Shown here piece after piece: positions 1 through 9,144 of a stretch of DNA of 64,000 nucleotides (within the stretch, counting starts at the first letter, position 1; every line of letters begins with the position of its first letter). The position numbers were made by a program, and so were the translations under genes. The notes below the pieces were generated by a model. That model searched no databases. It had not been told where the DNA came from and saw only the letters and a list, made by a program, of their open reading frames with translations. Source of the DNA: Ostreococcus lucimarinus (taxonomy: Eukaryota); assembly GCA_000092065.1 (NCBI GenBank), contig CP000599.1. One strand, given 5' to 3'.

Positions 1-138
1 CCCTAAACCCTAAACCCTAAACCCTAAACCCTAAACCCTAAACCCTAAACCCTAAACCCTAAACCCTAAACCCTAAACCCTAAACCCTAAACCCTAAACC
101 CTAAACCCTAAACCCTAAACCCTAAACCCTAAACCCTA
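1..138. repeat. Telomere: 19 perfect CCCTAAA units (C-strand of TTTAGGG) plus a partial unit, forming the left chromosome terminus
   Basis: Perfect heptamer array from position 1, then an abrupt transition to unique sequence at 139. The C-rich strand reads 5'->3' on the top strand, as expected at a left chromosome end. Confidence 0.97.
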
Positions 139-431
139 GTCCTCCAAACCCTCGTTTACCCCGCCCTCACTAACGTAGTCCTCAACCCAAAACCAGTATC
201 ACACATTTCCAAAAAAACCCAAACCGCGGCCTACACCCGCGTCGACGTAAAGGTCCGGGTCGCCGCCGGCACCCAGAGTGCCGCGAAACGCGCGCGTCCA
301 CAGATGCAAATGCGTGTTCCCGACACATCCGCAAAATTCCAGCGTCGTCGACCGCCAGTGTAGTGGTTTCGGTGACCCCTTTACTCGCGCAACTTTCAGG
401 GCGCCAGAAGCGTCATGTTCCAGAGAAACTG

Positions 432-470
432 CTAACCCTAGTTTCTAACCCTAGTTTCTAACCCTAGTTT
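432..470. repeat. Subtelomeric degenerate telomere-like 13-mer (CTAACCCTAGTTT) x3
   Basis: Three exact tandem copies, each containing the AACCCTA telo-box core. At 779-797 there is also a (GAATT)4 microsatellite. Confidence 0.9.
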
Positions 471-850
471 CAGGGAGGCGCGTGCGGGCGACGCGCGCTG
501 GGAGACGACGCGGGACGACGACGGCGCGGGTTCGTTGCGATATCACGAGAGAGTTTCGACTCTCTCTTCGATTCGTATTTTTTTTAGATTTTTCCGACGC
601 ATTCAATTCGCGCACATTCTCGGTGTACTCGCGCCGTGCGCGCTCGCTTCGCGCGCTCGCGTCTCGAGGCGCGAATCTCTTTAGCAGGCGCGAAAGCCGG
701 CAAAGCGGCGCGCGACGGCGCGCGTCACTTCACTTTCGTCAGCACGACGCGCGCCGTGAATCGTCGTCTTTGAGAAAGAATTGAATTGAATTGAATTGAA
801 TATATTCTGTGACGAGTCGAATTCGCTTCGCGGCGCTCGAACGACGTCGC

Positions 851-2178
851 TCACTTCTTCTTCTTCGGGCTGCCCTTCGGAGGGCTCTTTTTCTTCGGCG
901 ACGCCGCGGTCGGTTTACCGCCTGATATTTGCATCTCTTTCACCATCTCGTTCATCTCGTCGCTATCGAGAAAGCTCAAGCTCAACTGTCGCTCGAGCTG
1001 TTCCGAATCGTTTCGACCGAGCAAGAGATTGCCCACGAACGCTTCGTCGCTCGCGTCGAGCTTCGCGGCGTCCAGTTCGCCTTCGTACGACATGTCCTCG
1101 ACCATTTGACGCAAGCTTTCGTTCGTCGGTGACGTCAAAAACTCGTGCCACGGTAATTGATGCGGCGTCGCCGCCGCGTCCGCGTCGACGTCGACGAGAC
1201 CGTCGTCGATTTCTTCGAGCGAGAGCGGCGACGGCGGTAATCCCATCGGTGAGCTATGATGGGGGCTAGTACTCGCGAGACCATCCACCGCGGGTAAGTA
1301 TCGGGGCGCCGTGCGTCGCTTGCGCGGCCCGCCCACGGCTTCGGCGTCGAATCCGGCGAGTCCAGATTCGCGAAGCGCCGAATTGATGTTTTCCCCGTCG
1401 TGCACGGCTTGCACGAAGTGCCGCATCTGCGTCTGGAAACTTTCGGTCACCGCTAATCTATTCGTCAGCGCGGCGACCTCGTCGCGTTGCGAACTCTGCG
1501 TCTCGCGCAAACGCATCACCTCCTTCAAAAGCAAAAGACGATCGCGTTTGAGCTGTTCGACTTCCGAAGCTAGACCTCCGTACGCACCCAACTCGAGAGC
1601 GCCGCTATTCAACATCAATTGATTTTGCGAGCCACCGCCACCGCGCGCGCTCGCGCCGCCGCCCGTCTTCTTCCCCGTCGCGCCCGCGCCCGTCTTCTTC
1701 GTCCTCGGCGCGTCGTGTCGCTTCAGCGTCGTCAGAAGTTCCGGCTTCCCGCGCTCGAAGCCTTCGACGCCGAACTCGTATCGATCGCTGTGACACTTGC
1801 GAAACCCGTAGTTGTTCAGCTGCCGCACGAAGGACGCAAAGTTGGAGTGCTTAAACGTCTTGGGCAAGTATTCACTCTCGAGCACGTCCGGTTTCCAAAC
1901 CGTAAACGTGCGCCCGTTCTCGTTCCACGCGATCGTGTCGTTGGAGTGTTCATCGCTCACCAAGTTCCACGTTTTCCTGCGCTCGCGTCGCGCCGCGCGC
2001 GATTCGTCGTCAGTCGAGAGCGCGAAGCGAGCATCGATCGACGTCTCGCCGTCCGACTCGCGCTCGCGCGGCGGTTCGTTCGTCCGCTGATTCGTTCGAC
2101 GCACCACAAAAACGGCGAGACGTTCACCGTGGCAAAGGGGAACGCCGCGCTCGTCGACCCTGGCTGCGCCGACGCCAT
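851..2178 (-). CDS. Heat shock transcription factor (HSF-type DNA-binding domain + HR-A/B coiled coil); 2 exons: 2105..2178 and 851..1976, ~399 aa
   Basis: The DBD reads KTWNLVSDEHSNDTIAWNENGRTFTVWKP...FKHSNFASFVRQLNNYGFRKC...YEFGVEGFERG (HSF family signature). The long ORF starts with GTG and has no ATG. A separate-frame ATG at 2178 encodes MASAQPGSTSAAFPFATVNVSPFL, followed by a GTGCGT donor at 2104. The branch motif CGACTGACG and a CGCAG acceptor at 1977/1978 follow. Spliced, the product reads ...SPFLWKTWNLV, matching the HSF consensus PPFLxKTYxMV. Confidence 0.8.
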
Positions 2179-2270
2179 GTCGACGGCGCGACGCGCTGAG
2201 AGTCAGTCGTTCCCTCGCGCGACGTCGCGCGGCGGTGGACCGCGAGCGTCGGCCGCGCGCGCGTCGCGAT

Positions 2271-2286
2271 GTGACGTCGTGACGTC
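2271..2286. promoter_or_regulatory. Tandem CRE-like GTGACGTC GTGACGTC (ACGT-core bZIP-type sites) in the 150-bp bidirectional HSF/SCO1 promoter
   Basis: Two adjacent TGACGTC motifs lie midway between the divergent ATGs at 2178 (-) and 2329 (+). Confidence 0.4.
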
Positions 2287-2328
2287 GCCCTCGGCGGCAC
2301 CCGACGCCGCCACTCGACGACGCGCGCG

Positions 2329-3204
2329 ATGTCGTCGACGATCGCGCGCACCGCGCGGTCGATCACCGCGCGCACCGCGCGATCGTTGCTCACGCCGGCG
2401 CCGTCGACGTCGGCGCCGTTCGAACGCGGCGCCGCGCTCGCGAATCGTCTTCACCGTCACGGCCTCGACCATCAACGACGCTTCGCTTCGTCGTCGCCGC
2501 GCGCACGCGTGGACGCGAACAAAGGACCGGTGGGGTGGACGTCTCTGGCGTTGGTGTCGCTCACGGGCGCGACGTGTTTGTACTTTTACGACCGCGAGAG
2601 GCAGCGACGCGTCGACGGAGTCCGCGCGGCGAAGACGCAGAGCAACGGGTTCCAGACCAACGTCGCCGGCGGTAAGGCGAGCGTGGGAGGCGCGTTTCGA
2701 TTGACGGATTCGCGCACGGGTAAGGCGTTCACCGACAAAGACTTACTCGGGAAGTGGGCGATGCTGTATTTCGGGTTCACGCACTGCCCCGATATTTGTC
2801 CCGACGAACTCGAAAAAGTAGCCGAGGTGACGACGTCCATCAACTCGACGCTCGAGAAGAAACACGACGGGACGGCGGCGCGTTTAGTGCCGGTGTTCAT
2901 ATCGATCGATCCGTCGCGAGACACGGCGAAGCGCGTGAAGGAGTACGTGAAAGAGTTTCACGCCGACATGATTGGGTTGACGGGGAGCGAGAAACAGTGC
3001 GAAGACGCGGCTCGGAAATACCGCGTGTATTATCGTAAAACGGGCGACGAAGCCGCGAAGGATGATTACTTGGTCGATCACTCCATCATCACGTACTTGT
3101 TGAATCCCGAAGGCGAGTTCGTCACCTTTTACGGCAAGAACACGACGGAGAAGGAGGTCATCGCGAGCGTGCGCGGCCACATCGAGGCGTACGAAAATCA
3201 ATAA
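2329..3204 (+). CDS. SCO1: SCO1/SenC copper chaperone for cytochrome c oxidase assembly (mitochondrial presequence + thioredoxin-like fold, CxxxC)
   Basis: Reads ...LLGKWAMLYFGFTHCPDICPDELEKV...VFISIDPSRDT...YRVYY...DHSIITYLLNPEGEF, the canonical SCO1 motifs including CPDICP. The N-terminus is basic and hydroxylated, and the start is an ATG. Confidence 0.9.
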   Translation: MSSTIARTARSITARTARSLLTPAPSTSAPFERGAALANRLHRHGLDHQRRFASSSPRARVDANKGPVGWTSLALVSLTGATCLYFYDRERQRRVDGVRAAKTQSNGFQTNVAGGKASVGGAFRLTDSRTGKAFTDKDLLGKWAMLYFGFTHCPDICPDELEKVAEVTTSINSTLEKKHDGTAARLVPVFISIDPSRDTAKRVKEYVKEFHADMIGLTGSEKQCEDAARKYRVYYRKTGDEAAKDDYLVDHSIITYLLNPEGEFVTFYGKNTTEKEVIASVRGHIEAYENQ

Positions 3205-3380
3205 GACGCCGACGGTGCGGCGAGACTTAGTTTAATGAAAGCGAGCGAACCATCGAAACGAAGCTCGACGACGCGCGCGCGCGTTCGTCTCGCGTCTTCG
3301 ACACCCGCGCTCGCGCGCGCTCACTCACCCAACCGACTCTTCGCCTTCACACGTCGCCTCGCGAGCCGCGCGTCGTCGCC

Positions 3381-4034
3381 ATGCCGAAGATGAGCGTGGG
3401 ACGATTCTTGAAGAATCCTGTGAGCGCGATTTCAAACGCGTTCGAATTGAATGATCATAAAGATAGACTGCGTGCGCTCCAGGAGCAAAGGAATGCGTTG
3501 GAGCGGGACCTTGAATTCTCGGCGAATTTAAGAGACGTACAGGAGAGGCTCGACGCCATGGACGTCGCCGCGAGGGGATGCTACGATTTACTGACGACCG
3601 TTCTTAGTAAGCTTAATAATCTTCCCCGCGACGATGAAAGTTCTGTGGACATGCGCGAAGAGGATGAGAGGTTTTGCGAGCTGCTGAAGGAGGCGTGTGC
3701 GACGGTGGACGAAGATGAGCGTGAAACGGTCGATGAGGACGAGAGTGAAACGATCGATAAAGACGAGCGTGATTCACGCATATGTGCACTTTTGAAGGAT
3801 TATCGTGATTGCGCCTACCGCAACGCGGAAGCGCACGCGCTTGACGCGTCGTTCCGTCATCGGTTGTATCGCGGCGTGGACAGACAACTCTCAGAACTAA
3901 ATAAATTTCGCGACGAACTGAGAAAGCAAACGCAGATTCAGTCTATAAACATGGAAGAGCTCAAAGGAGTCATCCAGCAGATCGGGGTCACTGAAGAAAA
4001 GTTGAGCGCTGTGAGACAAAAGCAGTTTGGTTGA
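3381..4034 (+). CDS. Hypothetical acidic coiled-coil protein (217 aa), low-GC codon usage
   Basis: Clean ATG-to-stop ORF with internal DEDERETVD-type repeats. Codon usage is markedly AT-richer (~52% GC) than the flanks. A TGTAA poly(A) signal lies 43 nt after the stop. No recognisable family. Confidence 0.5.
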   Translation: MPKMSVGRFLKNPVSAISNAFELNDHKDRLRALQEQRNALERDLEFSANLRDVQERLDAMDVAARGCYDLLTTVLSKLNNLPRDDESSVDMREEDERFCELLKEACATVDEDERETVDEDESETIDKDERDSRICALLKDYRDCAYRNAEAHALDASFRHRLYRGVDRQLSELNKFRDELRKQTQIQSINMEELKGVIQQIGVTEEKLSAVRQKQFG

Positions 4035-4166
4035 ATGAGTGTCAATCGAGGCGCGTTCGAGGGCGTTCGTAGTCGTTGTAAGTTCTGAACCCTAAGCTAA
4101 AAGCCCAAAGCCCTCTTCGCGTCGTCGTTCGCGTCGTCACATCGCGCCGGCGTCGCTCGTCGCGCC

Positions 4167-6236
4167 ATGACGCTTCGATTGCGACCCGCGGCGGCGTTGA
4201 TCGACGCCTTCAAGCGCGGTTCGCGCGAGTGCGTCGACGCCGCGACGCCGCAAACGACGAAAAACGACGCCGCATCGAACGATCGCGCGCCGCCCGACGC
4301 GAACGCGAACGTGCGTCGATACACGAAGAGCGAACTCGTGCGCGTGAACGACGCGAGCGGCGAGCACACGAAAGAGTTACCCGTGGAGCTGTCGACGTCG
4401 ACGCTCGAGTGCGTGACGAACGCGATCAACGAAGAGATCGCGGCGCGAGAGGGAAGCGTCTGGGGAAGACACCACGCCAAGAAGGACAAGGCGGACAAGG
4501 AAAAGGACGCGAAGACGGGCGATAAAGACGCGGTCGGTAGAGACGGTGAAGAGGGCGGTGAAAACGCGACGAGCGACGGCGCGGCGACCGAATCGAAGAC
4601 GGCGACCGATGTCGCGGACGCGACGCACAAGAAGCCGACGGCGGCGGCTGGGCCCATGGATGCGGAAAAATCAAAGCGACATTTGAAGAGCGCGTTCAAC
4701 AAACTCTCTCCCTCGGTCGCGGTGGATAAGTTTGTGGAGCAAATCACGGAGTGCGCGCTGCACGAACTCGCCGTGGCGGAGTTTTTGGCGAAGACGACCT
4801 GCGAGCGGGCGTCCGTGGATGAGAAAAACGTCGCCGTCATCGCCGACGCCGCGGCGCGTTTGATTTCGTCGGGCGCGACGCCGAGCGCGTACATCACGCA
4901 GAACGGTGCGAGCTCGACGACGTTCAAAAAGCTTCTCGTTGGCGCTTTGCAGGATGAGTTTGAAGGCGCGCAAGAAGCGCGCGAGGGCTTGCTCGCGCAC
5001 GCCGAGCGCCACGAGCGAGACGCGCAGGCGAAGAAAGTCAAGCAGCGCTTGGTCGGCGTCGCGCGCTTGATCGGCGAGCTCTATGCTCGCGGTGTGGTCT
5101 CCGTCGCCGTGGTGCGCGCGATTACCGATGAACTTTTGGGCGAAGCGCGATCCGTGCCGCGCGAAGACGACGTCGAAGCGCTGTGCGCGCTGCTCGCCGT
5201 CGCCGGCGCCAAGGTGGACGCCGAGGCGAAAAAGGCGATGGACGCCTACATGGCGCGCGTCAACGTACTCGCGGAGAGCGAACACCTCAACGCGCGCACG
5301 CGATTCGCGTGCCGCGACGTCATCGAACTTCGCGGCGCGGGATGGGCGAGTTCGGGGGCGAGCGCGGACTCTAAGAGTTCGCAAGCCGACCTCGCGAGCG
5401 AATCGCGCGTGGTTTCCGACGAACTTCTCTTCCCCGAAGGCCCGAAATCGCGCTCGAGCGGAGGTGGCGGCGCCCTCAAAGGCCCGTACTCGAAGCCAGG
5501 CGCGTTGAACGCGACGATGTTGCCCACAGCGGCGAACCGCGCGCGACTCGAGGCGGAGATGCGCCGCGGGGCGCGCGAACGCGCCGAAGCCAAGGCGGAC
5601 GCCGCCATGGCGGCCGCGTCGGGCGACGCCGGCGCGTCTACGTCGAGCTACACCGCCGAACAAGTGCAGCAAAAGATTGCGTCGCTCATCGACGAGTACT
5701 CCACCGTCGGCGACGTCAACGAGGCGTTGATGTGCGTCGCCGACGTCGTCGCTCGCTCGAGCGACGCCGACGCGGCGCGAGACGCCGTCGCGAAAGCGTT
5801 GGTGAATTTCGTCATCGACACGTCCACGCCGAAAGCCGCGAGCGCCGTCGGCAAACTTCTCGCCGCGCTTCATAACCGCGGCGGTTTCGCCACCGCCGTC
5901 GTCGAACAAGCCGTCGGTGACGTCGTCGCCGCGCTCGACGACGTCGCCATCGACGTGCCGATGGCGCCCAAACTCATGGCCGCCGTCGTCGCCGCCGTCG
6001 TCGCCTCGGGCGCGGTCGCCCTCGACTTCATCACCGCCGCCGGTTCGGGCGTCGAGGACGTGCAATTTCGTCGCGCGTTCGCCGGCGCGTGTTTGAACGC
6101 GCTGCGAGTCGAGCATAAATTCGCCGGCCTCGTCAAGGGCGCGCTCAATTTAGGCGACTTCGCCAAGAGCGAAGACGTCGGCGACGACACCGTCGTCGAG
6201 TGGCTCGCCAAGCTCAGCCTGGACGACCTCGCGTGA
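4167..6236 (+). CDS. eIF4G-family protein (MIF4G + MA3 domains), eIF(iso)4G-like
   Basis: The MIF4G core reads ...RLVGVARLIGELYARGVVSVAVVRAI...ARTRFACRDVIELRGAGW. A C-terminal MA3-like helical block reads (...EALMCVADVV...). An AACCCTAA telo-box lies 72 bp upstream. Confidence 0.65.
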   Translation: MTLRLRPAAALIDAFKRGSRECVDAATPQTTKNDAASNDRAPPDANANVRRYTKSELVRVNDASGEHTKELPVELSTSTLECVTNAINEEIAAREGSVWGRHHAKKDKADKEKDAKTGDKDAVGRDGEEGGENATSDGAATESKTATDVADATHKKPTAAAGPMDAEKSKRHLKSAFNKLSPSVAVDKFVEQITECALHELAVAEFLAKTTCERASVDEKNVAVIADAAARLISSGATPSAYITQNGASSTTFKKLLVGALQDEFEGAQEAREGLLAHAERHERDAQAKKVKQRLVGVARLIGELYARGVVSVAVVRAITDELLGEARSVPREDDVEALCALLAVAGAKVDAEAKKAMDAYMARVNVLAESEHLNARTRFACRDVIELRGAGWASSGASADSKSSQADLASESRVVSDELLFPEGPKSRSSGGGGALKGPYSKPGALNATMLPTAANRARLEAEMRRGARERAEAKADAAMAAASGDAGASTSSYTAEQVQQKIASLIDEYSTVGDVNEALMCVADVVARSSDADAARDAVAKALVNFVIDTSTPKAASAVGKLLAALHNRGGFATAVVEQAVGDVVAALDDVAIDVPMAPKLMAAVVAAVVASGAVALDFITAAGSGVEDVQFRRAFAGACLNALRVEHKFAGLVKGALNLGDFAKSEDVGDDTVVEWLAKLSLDDLA

Positions 6237-6289
6237 GGGAGTCGAGTCAGTCAGTGGACGCTTCACAGTAGCACGATAACACACGATTA

Positions 6290-7702
6290 ATGCGCACGAA
6301 CGAACGAGCGAGCGAACGAGCGCGTCGCCGCGAGCGCCGCGCGCGTCGACGCCGCACTCGTCGACGCGTCATGTCGCGCGACGTCGCGAGCGCGCTCGAC
6401 GTCGACGACGGCGCCGCCGCGACGCGCTGGCGATGCCCCAACCCGGCGTGGACGCCGCACCCGCGCGCGTCCGTCGCGACGTCGCGATTGGGACGACGCG
6501 ACCGCGACCGCGACCGCGACGACGACGACGACGACGCGACGCGTCCACCGCGCGCGAGCGCGCGCGCGAGCGCCCACGACGCGTCCGTCCCTGCGCTCGC
6601 GTCGACGTCGACGCGCGCTGCGCTCGCGAGCGACGCGCGCGGCGACTCGGACGGCGACGACGCGACGACGCGGACGTGGCGAGCGTGCTTCGCGACGAAG
6701 ACGCGCGTCGAGATCGAGGACGACGACGGACGCGCGCGAGAGTTTTGCGTGTACGCGTCCGAGGGCGCGAACGCGGCGTTTAGCGCGTCGGCCGAGGAAT
6801 CGCGGGCGACGCTGTTTCTGTTGCACGGGTGCCCGCACACGGCGTTGACGTGGTCGCTCGTGGCGGAGACGCTGCGATCGCGGCGCGAACGATGCGAGAT
6901 CGTGGACGTCGTCGCGATGGATTTGCGCGGACACGGCGAGAGCCATTCGCACGACGACGCGCTCGGGGAGACGAAGGCGTCGTTCGACGCCGATGTCATG
7001 GCGCGAGACTGCGCGAAGACGTTGCGGCGATTCGTCGACGGCGACGCCAGGCGCGTCGTCGTCGTCGGGCACAGCATGGGAGGCGCGGTCGCGACGCGCG
7101 TGGCGAAGATTTTAGAGACCGAATTCGGTGTGAGCGACTCGGCGTTGACGCTCGCGGGATTGGTTTTGATCGATATCGTCGAGGGGAGCGCGATGAAGGC
7201 GCTCCCGGCGATGGGCGCGCTCGTCGACGCGAGACCGACGACGTTCGCGTCGCTCGCGGATGCGTTTCATTGGTCCGCGACGCGAGGCGGCGGGACGAAA
7301 AATCAGCGTTCGGCGTCGTTATCGCTGCCTTCGCAGTTGCGCGAGACGGACGGCGGCGCGTGGACGTGGCGCGTCGACTTGCGCGAAACCGCGCCGTATT
7401 GGCGATCGTGGTACGAAGGGCTGTCCAAACGCTTTCTCGCCGTAAAGGCGCCGAAGCTGCTTTTGCTCGCCGGAAACGATCGTTTAGACACCGAACTGAT
7501 GATCGCACAGATGCAAGGCAAATTTCAGATGACCCTGTTGCCGAACGCCGGGCACGCGATTCAGGAGGACGACCCCGAATCCGTCGCCAACGCGCTCGAA
7601 AATTTTCTCGCGAGGTACGTGTTTCATCCGCGCCCGACGCCGCCGTCGTTCCTCGGGACCGAGGCGCCGAGAGAGCGGGGTTCGGGAATCGTTCGGGAAT
7701 GA
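6290..7702 (+). CDS. PPME1: Protein phosphatase methylesterase 1 (PPME1/PME-1), alpha/beta hydrolase
   Basis: LFLLHGCPHTALTWS...VVAMDLRGHGES...VVVVGHSMGGAVA...KLLLLAGNDRLDTELMIAQMQGKFQMTLLPNAGHAIQEDDPESVA aligns along the length of animal/plant PME-1. The N-terminal ~80 aa are low complexity (RDRDRDDDDD), so the true start may be the ATG at 6371. Confidence 0.85.
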   Translation: MRTNERASERARRRERRARRRRTRRRVMSRDVASALDVDDGAAATRWRCPNPAWTPHPRASVATSRLGRRDRDRDRDDDDDDATRPPRASARASAHDASVPALASTSTRAALASDARGDSDGDDATTRTWRACFATKTRVEIEDDDGRAREFCVYASEGANAAFSASAEESRATLFLLHGCPHTALTWSLVAETLRSRRERCEIVDVVAMDLRGHGESHSHDDALGETKASFDADVMARDCAKTLRRFVDGDARRVVVVGHSMGGAVATRVAKILETEFGVSDSALTLAGLVLIDIVEGSAMKALPAMGALVDARPTTFASLADAFHWSATRGGGTKNQRSASLSLPSQLRETDGGAWTWRVDLRETAPYWRSWYEGLSKRFLAVKAPKLLLLAGNDRLDTELMIAQMQGKFQMTLLPNAGHAIQEDDPESVANALENFLARYVFHPRPTPPSFLGTEAPRERGSGIVRE

Positions 7703-7761
7703 TGAGTGTCGCCGGCACGACAAAACTTAGTGACGCGTCGTCGTCGTAATAATAGCTATAG

Positions 7762-8808
7762 CTAGCGCGCCGTTTCGCCGCCGCCCAAGTCGTACGTCGC
7801 GCCTTGCCCGCTCGCGACGTCGAACGTGAACAGATTGACGCACGGCGCGCCCTTGCGGCTGATGGATTTCAAAATCTCTTGCGCCAGCACCCCGCCGACG
7901 ATGGCGTTTATCGCGGGAAATTCGCGCTCTCCCGACACCAAAGCGCGCACGTGCTCGGCGTCGACGCAGTCGGCGCTCGCGCCGAATCGCGTCGGCAACT
8001 CGACGCGCAGCGCGTCCAGGGCGTCCCAATCCTCCATCGTCGGCGCGCGCCCGTGCGCGCGCTCGAACTCGGCGACGACGCGCACGGCGAGCGGCATGCG
8101 CGGCGACCGCCGCTTAACGCGCCCGAAATCCGCCTCGGCGGCGTCGAGCGCTCGTCGCAGCGTCGCGCCTCGAGGCGCGATTTTTACTTCGTCTCCCTCC
8201 GCGTACTCGAACGCGTCGCCGAGATCGGCGAAGAACCACGCCGCTGACGCCCCGCTAAACGCGGCGAAAAACGGCTTCCCGTGTCGCCTGCACGCCTCGT
8301 TCACGCGCATCGCGCGCTCCAATCCCATCTCCGCGACGACGACGGCGTCGAACCCCTCGATCCCGTCCAAGGCTTCCGCGTCGTCCGCGAGCGCGCGCCC
8401 GTTCGGCGTCGACGCCTCGAATTCACCGAACGCGTTCATCTCTCGCAGCGTCGTCGCCATCGCCTCGGCGCGCGAGACCGAGACGTCGTCCGCGTCGTCG
8501 TCGCGCGTCGACGCCGCGTTTAAAAAATTCCCATCCTCGCCGCGCGACGCCTCCGCGCGCTCGCCCGCGTCGTCCCTGATCACCGCGCGTCCGACGCCCG
8601 CGAGCGCGACGTTCTTGAGCGTCTCCGCGAGCGCGCCGACGCGCGTCGTCGTCGTCGCGCGCGTCGTCGTCGCCCCCGCGCACGCGAGCACGGACGCGCG
8701 ACCGAGTCGGCGCTGCGTCTCCACGCCCCACACGCGAATCTGCCGGTCGTACACGCGCAGTTCGAGCTCGGTCAGCGCGTCGGCGGCCGACGCGTTCGGC
8801 GCGGGCAT
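7762..8808 (-). CDS. SAE1: SUMO-activating enzyme subunit 1 (AOS1/SAE1), ThiF family
   Basis: N-terminus is MPAPNASAADALTELELRVYDRQIRVWGVETQRRL.., the Aos1 signature. The long ORF extends to 8955 but overlaps the tRNA, so the start is taken at the ATG at 8808. Confidence 0.85.
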   Translation of the reverse strand: MPAPNASAADALTELELRVYDRQIRVWGVETQRRLGRASVLACAGATTTRATTTTRVGALAETLKNVALAGVGRAVIRDDAGERAEASRGEDGNFLNAASTRDDDADDVSVSRAEAMATTLREMNAFGEFEASTPNGRALADDAEALDGIEGFDAVVVAEMGLERAMRVNEACRRHGKPFFAAFSGASAAWFFADLGDAFEYAEGDEVKIAPRGATLRRALDAAEADFGRVKRRSPRMPLAVRVVAEFERAHGRAPTMEDWDALDALRVELPTRFGASADCVDAEHVRALVSGEREFPAINAIVGGVLAQEILKSISRKGAPCVNLFTFDVASGQGATYDLGGGETAR

Positions 8809-8947
8809 CGCGCGTCGACGCGCGACGCGACGCGCGACGCGCGACGCGACGGCGCGCGGGCGATGGTGCGGGCGGATTCGGACACACGGGGCCGACGCGC
8901 CGTGCGGTCGTATAAATAAAAAATTGAAAACAGATGGCCAAAATAAT

Positions 8948-9020
8948 AGGGCCATACGGGGCTCGAACCCGCGACATTCAGATTCGAAGTCTGACGCTCT
9001 TCCAACTGAGCTAATAGCCC
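8948..9020 (-). tRNA. tRNA-Arg (anticodon TCG), 73 nt
   Basis: Hand-folded cloverleaf. Acceptor stem GGGCTAT/ATGGCCC (one G.U), D-arm GCTCAGTTGGAAGAGC, anticodon stem TCAGA/TCTGA with loop CTTCGAA, T-arm GCGGGTTCGAGCCCCGT. Downstream on the same strand are T4, T4 and T6 runs (Pol III terminators) at 8943-8918. Confidence 0.85.
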
Positions 9021-9144
9021 CCGTAGTGTGAACGGCGCGAGCGCCATCAATGACGTTCCCAGACGATTTCGGGTCCCCACGGCGCCCCGCGGGCGTCGTC
9101 GCGCGAGTTACGGGTTGTTTCCCCAGTGCGCGCCCGCCGCCGCG

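Noticed and set aside
2107-2107. ORF-track start codons at 2107, 12040, 16734, 44678, 49435 and 56498
   Set aside because: Checking the nucleotides shows these 'M' residues are GTG or TTG (a prokaryote-style start set). In this eukaryotic context real starts were reassigned to ATGs or to upstream exons.
1619-2704. 361-aa plus-strand ORF antisense to the HSF gene; similar long ORFs at 4671..6116(-), 4097..5041(-), 7826..9031(+), 12076..13833(-), 22492..24033(+), 24084..25535(-), 32192..33919(-), 35122..36423(-), 36488..37633(+), 6287..7077(-), 47839..48597(-) and others
   Set aside because: R/A/S/G-rich low-complexity translations on the strand opposite well-supported conserved genes. At ~67% GC, stop codons are rare, so long antisense ORFs arise by chance. 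No domain signal.
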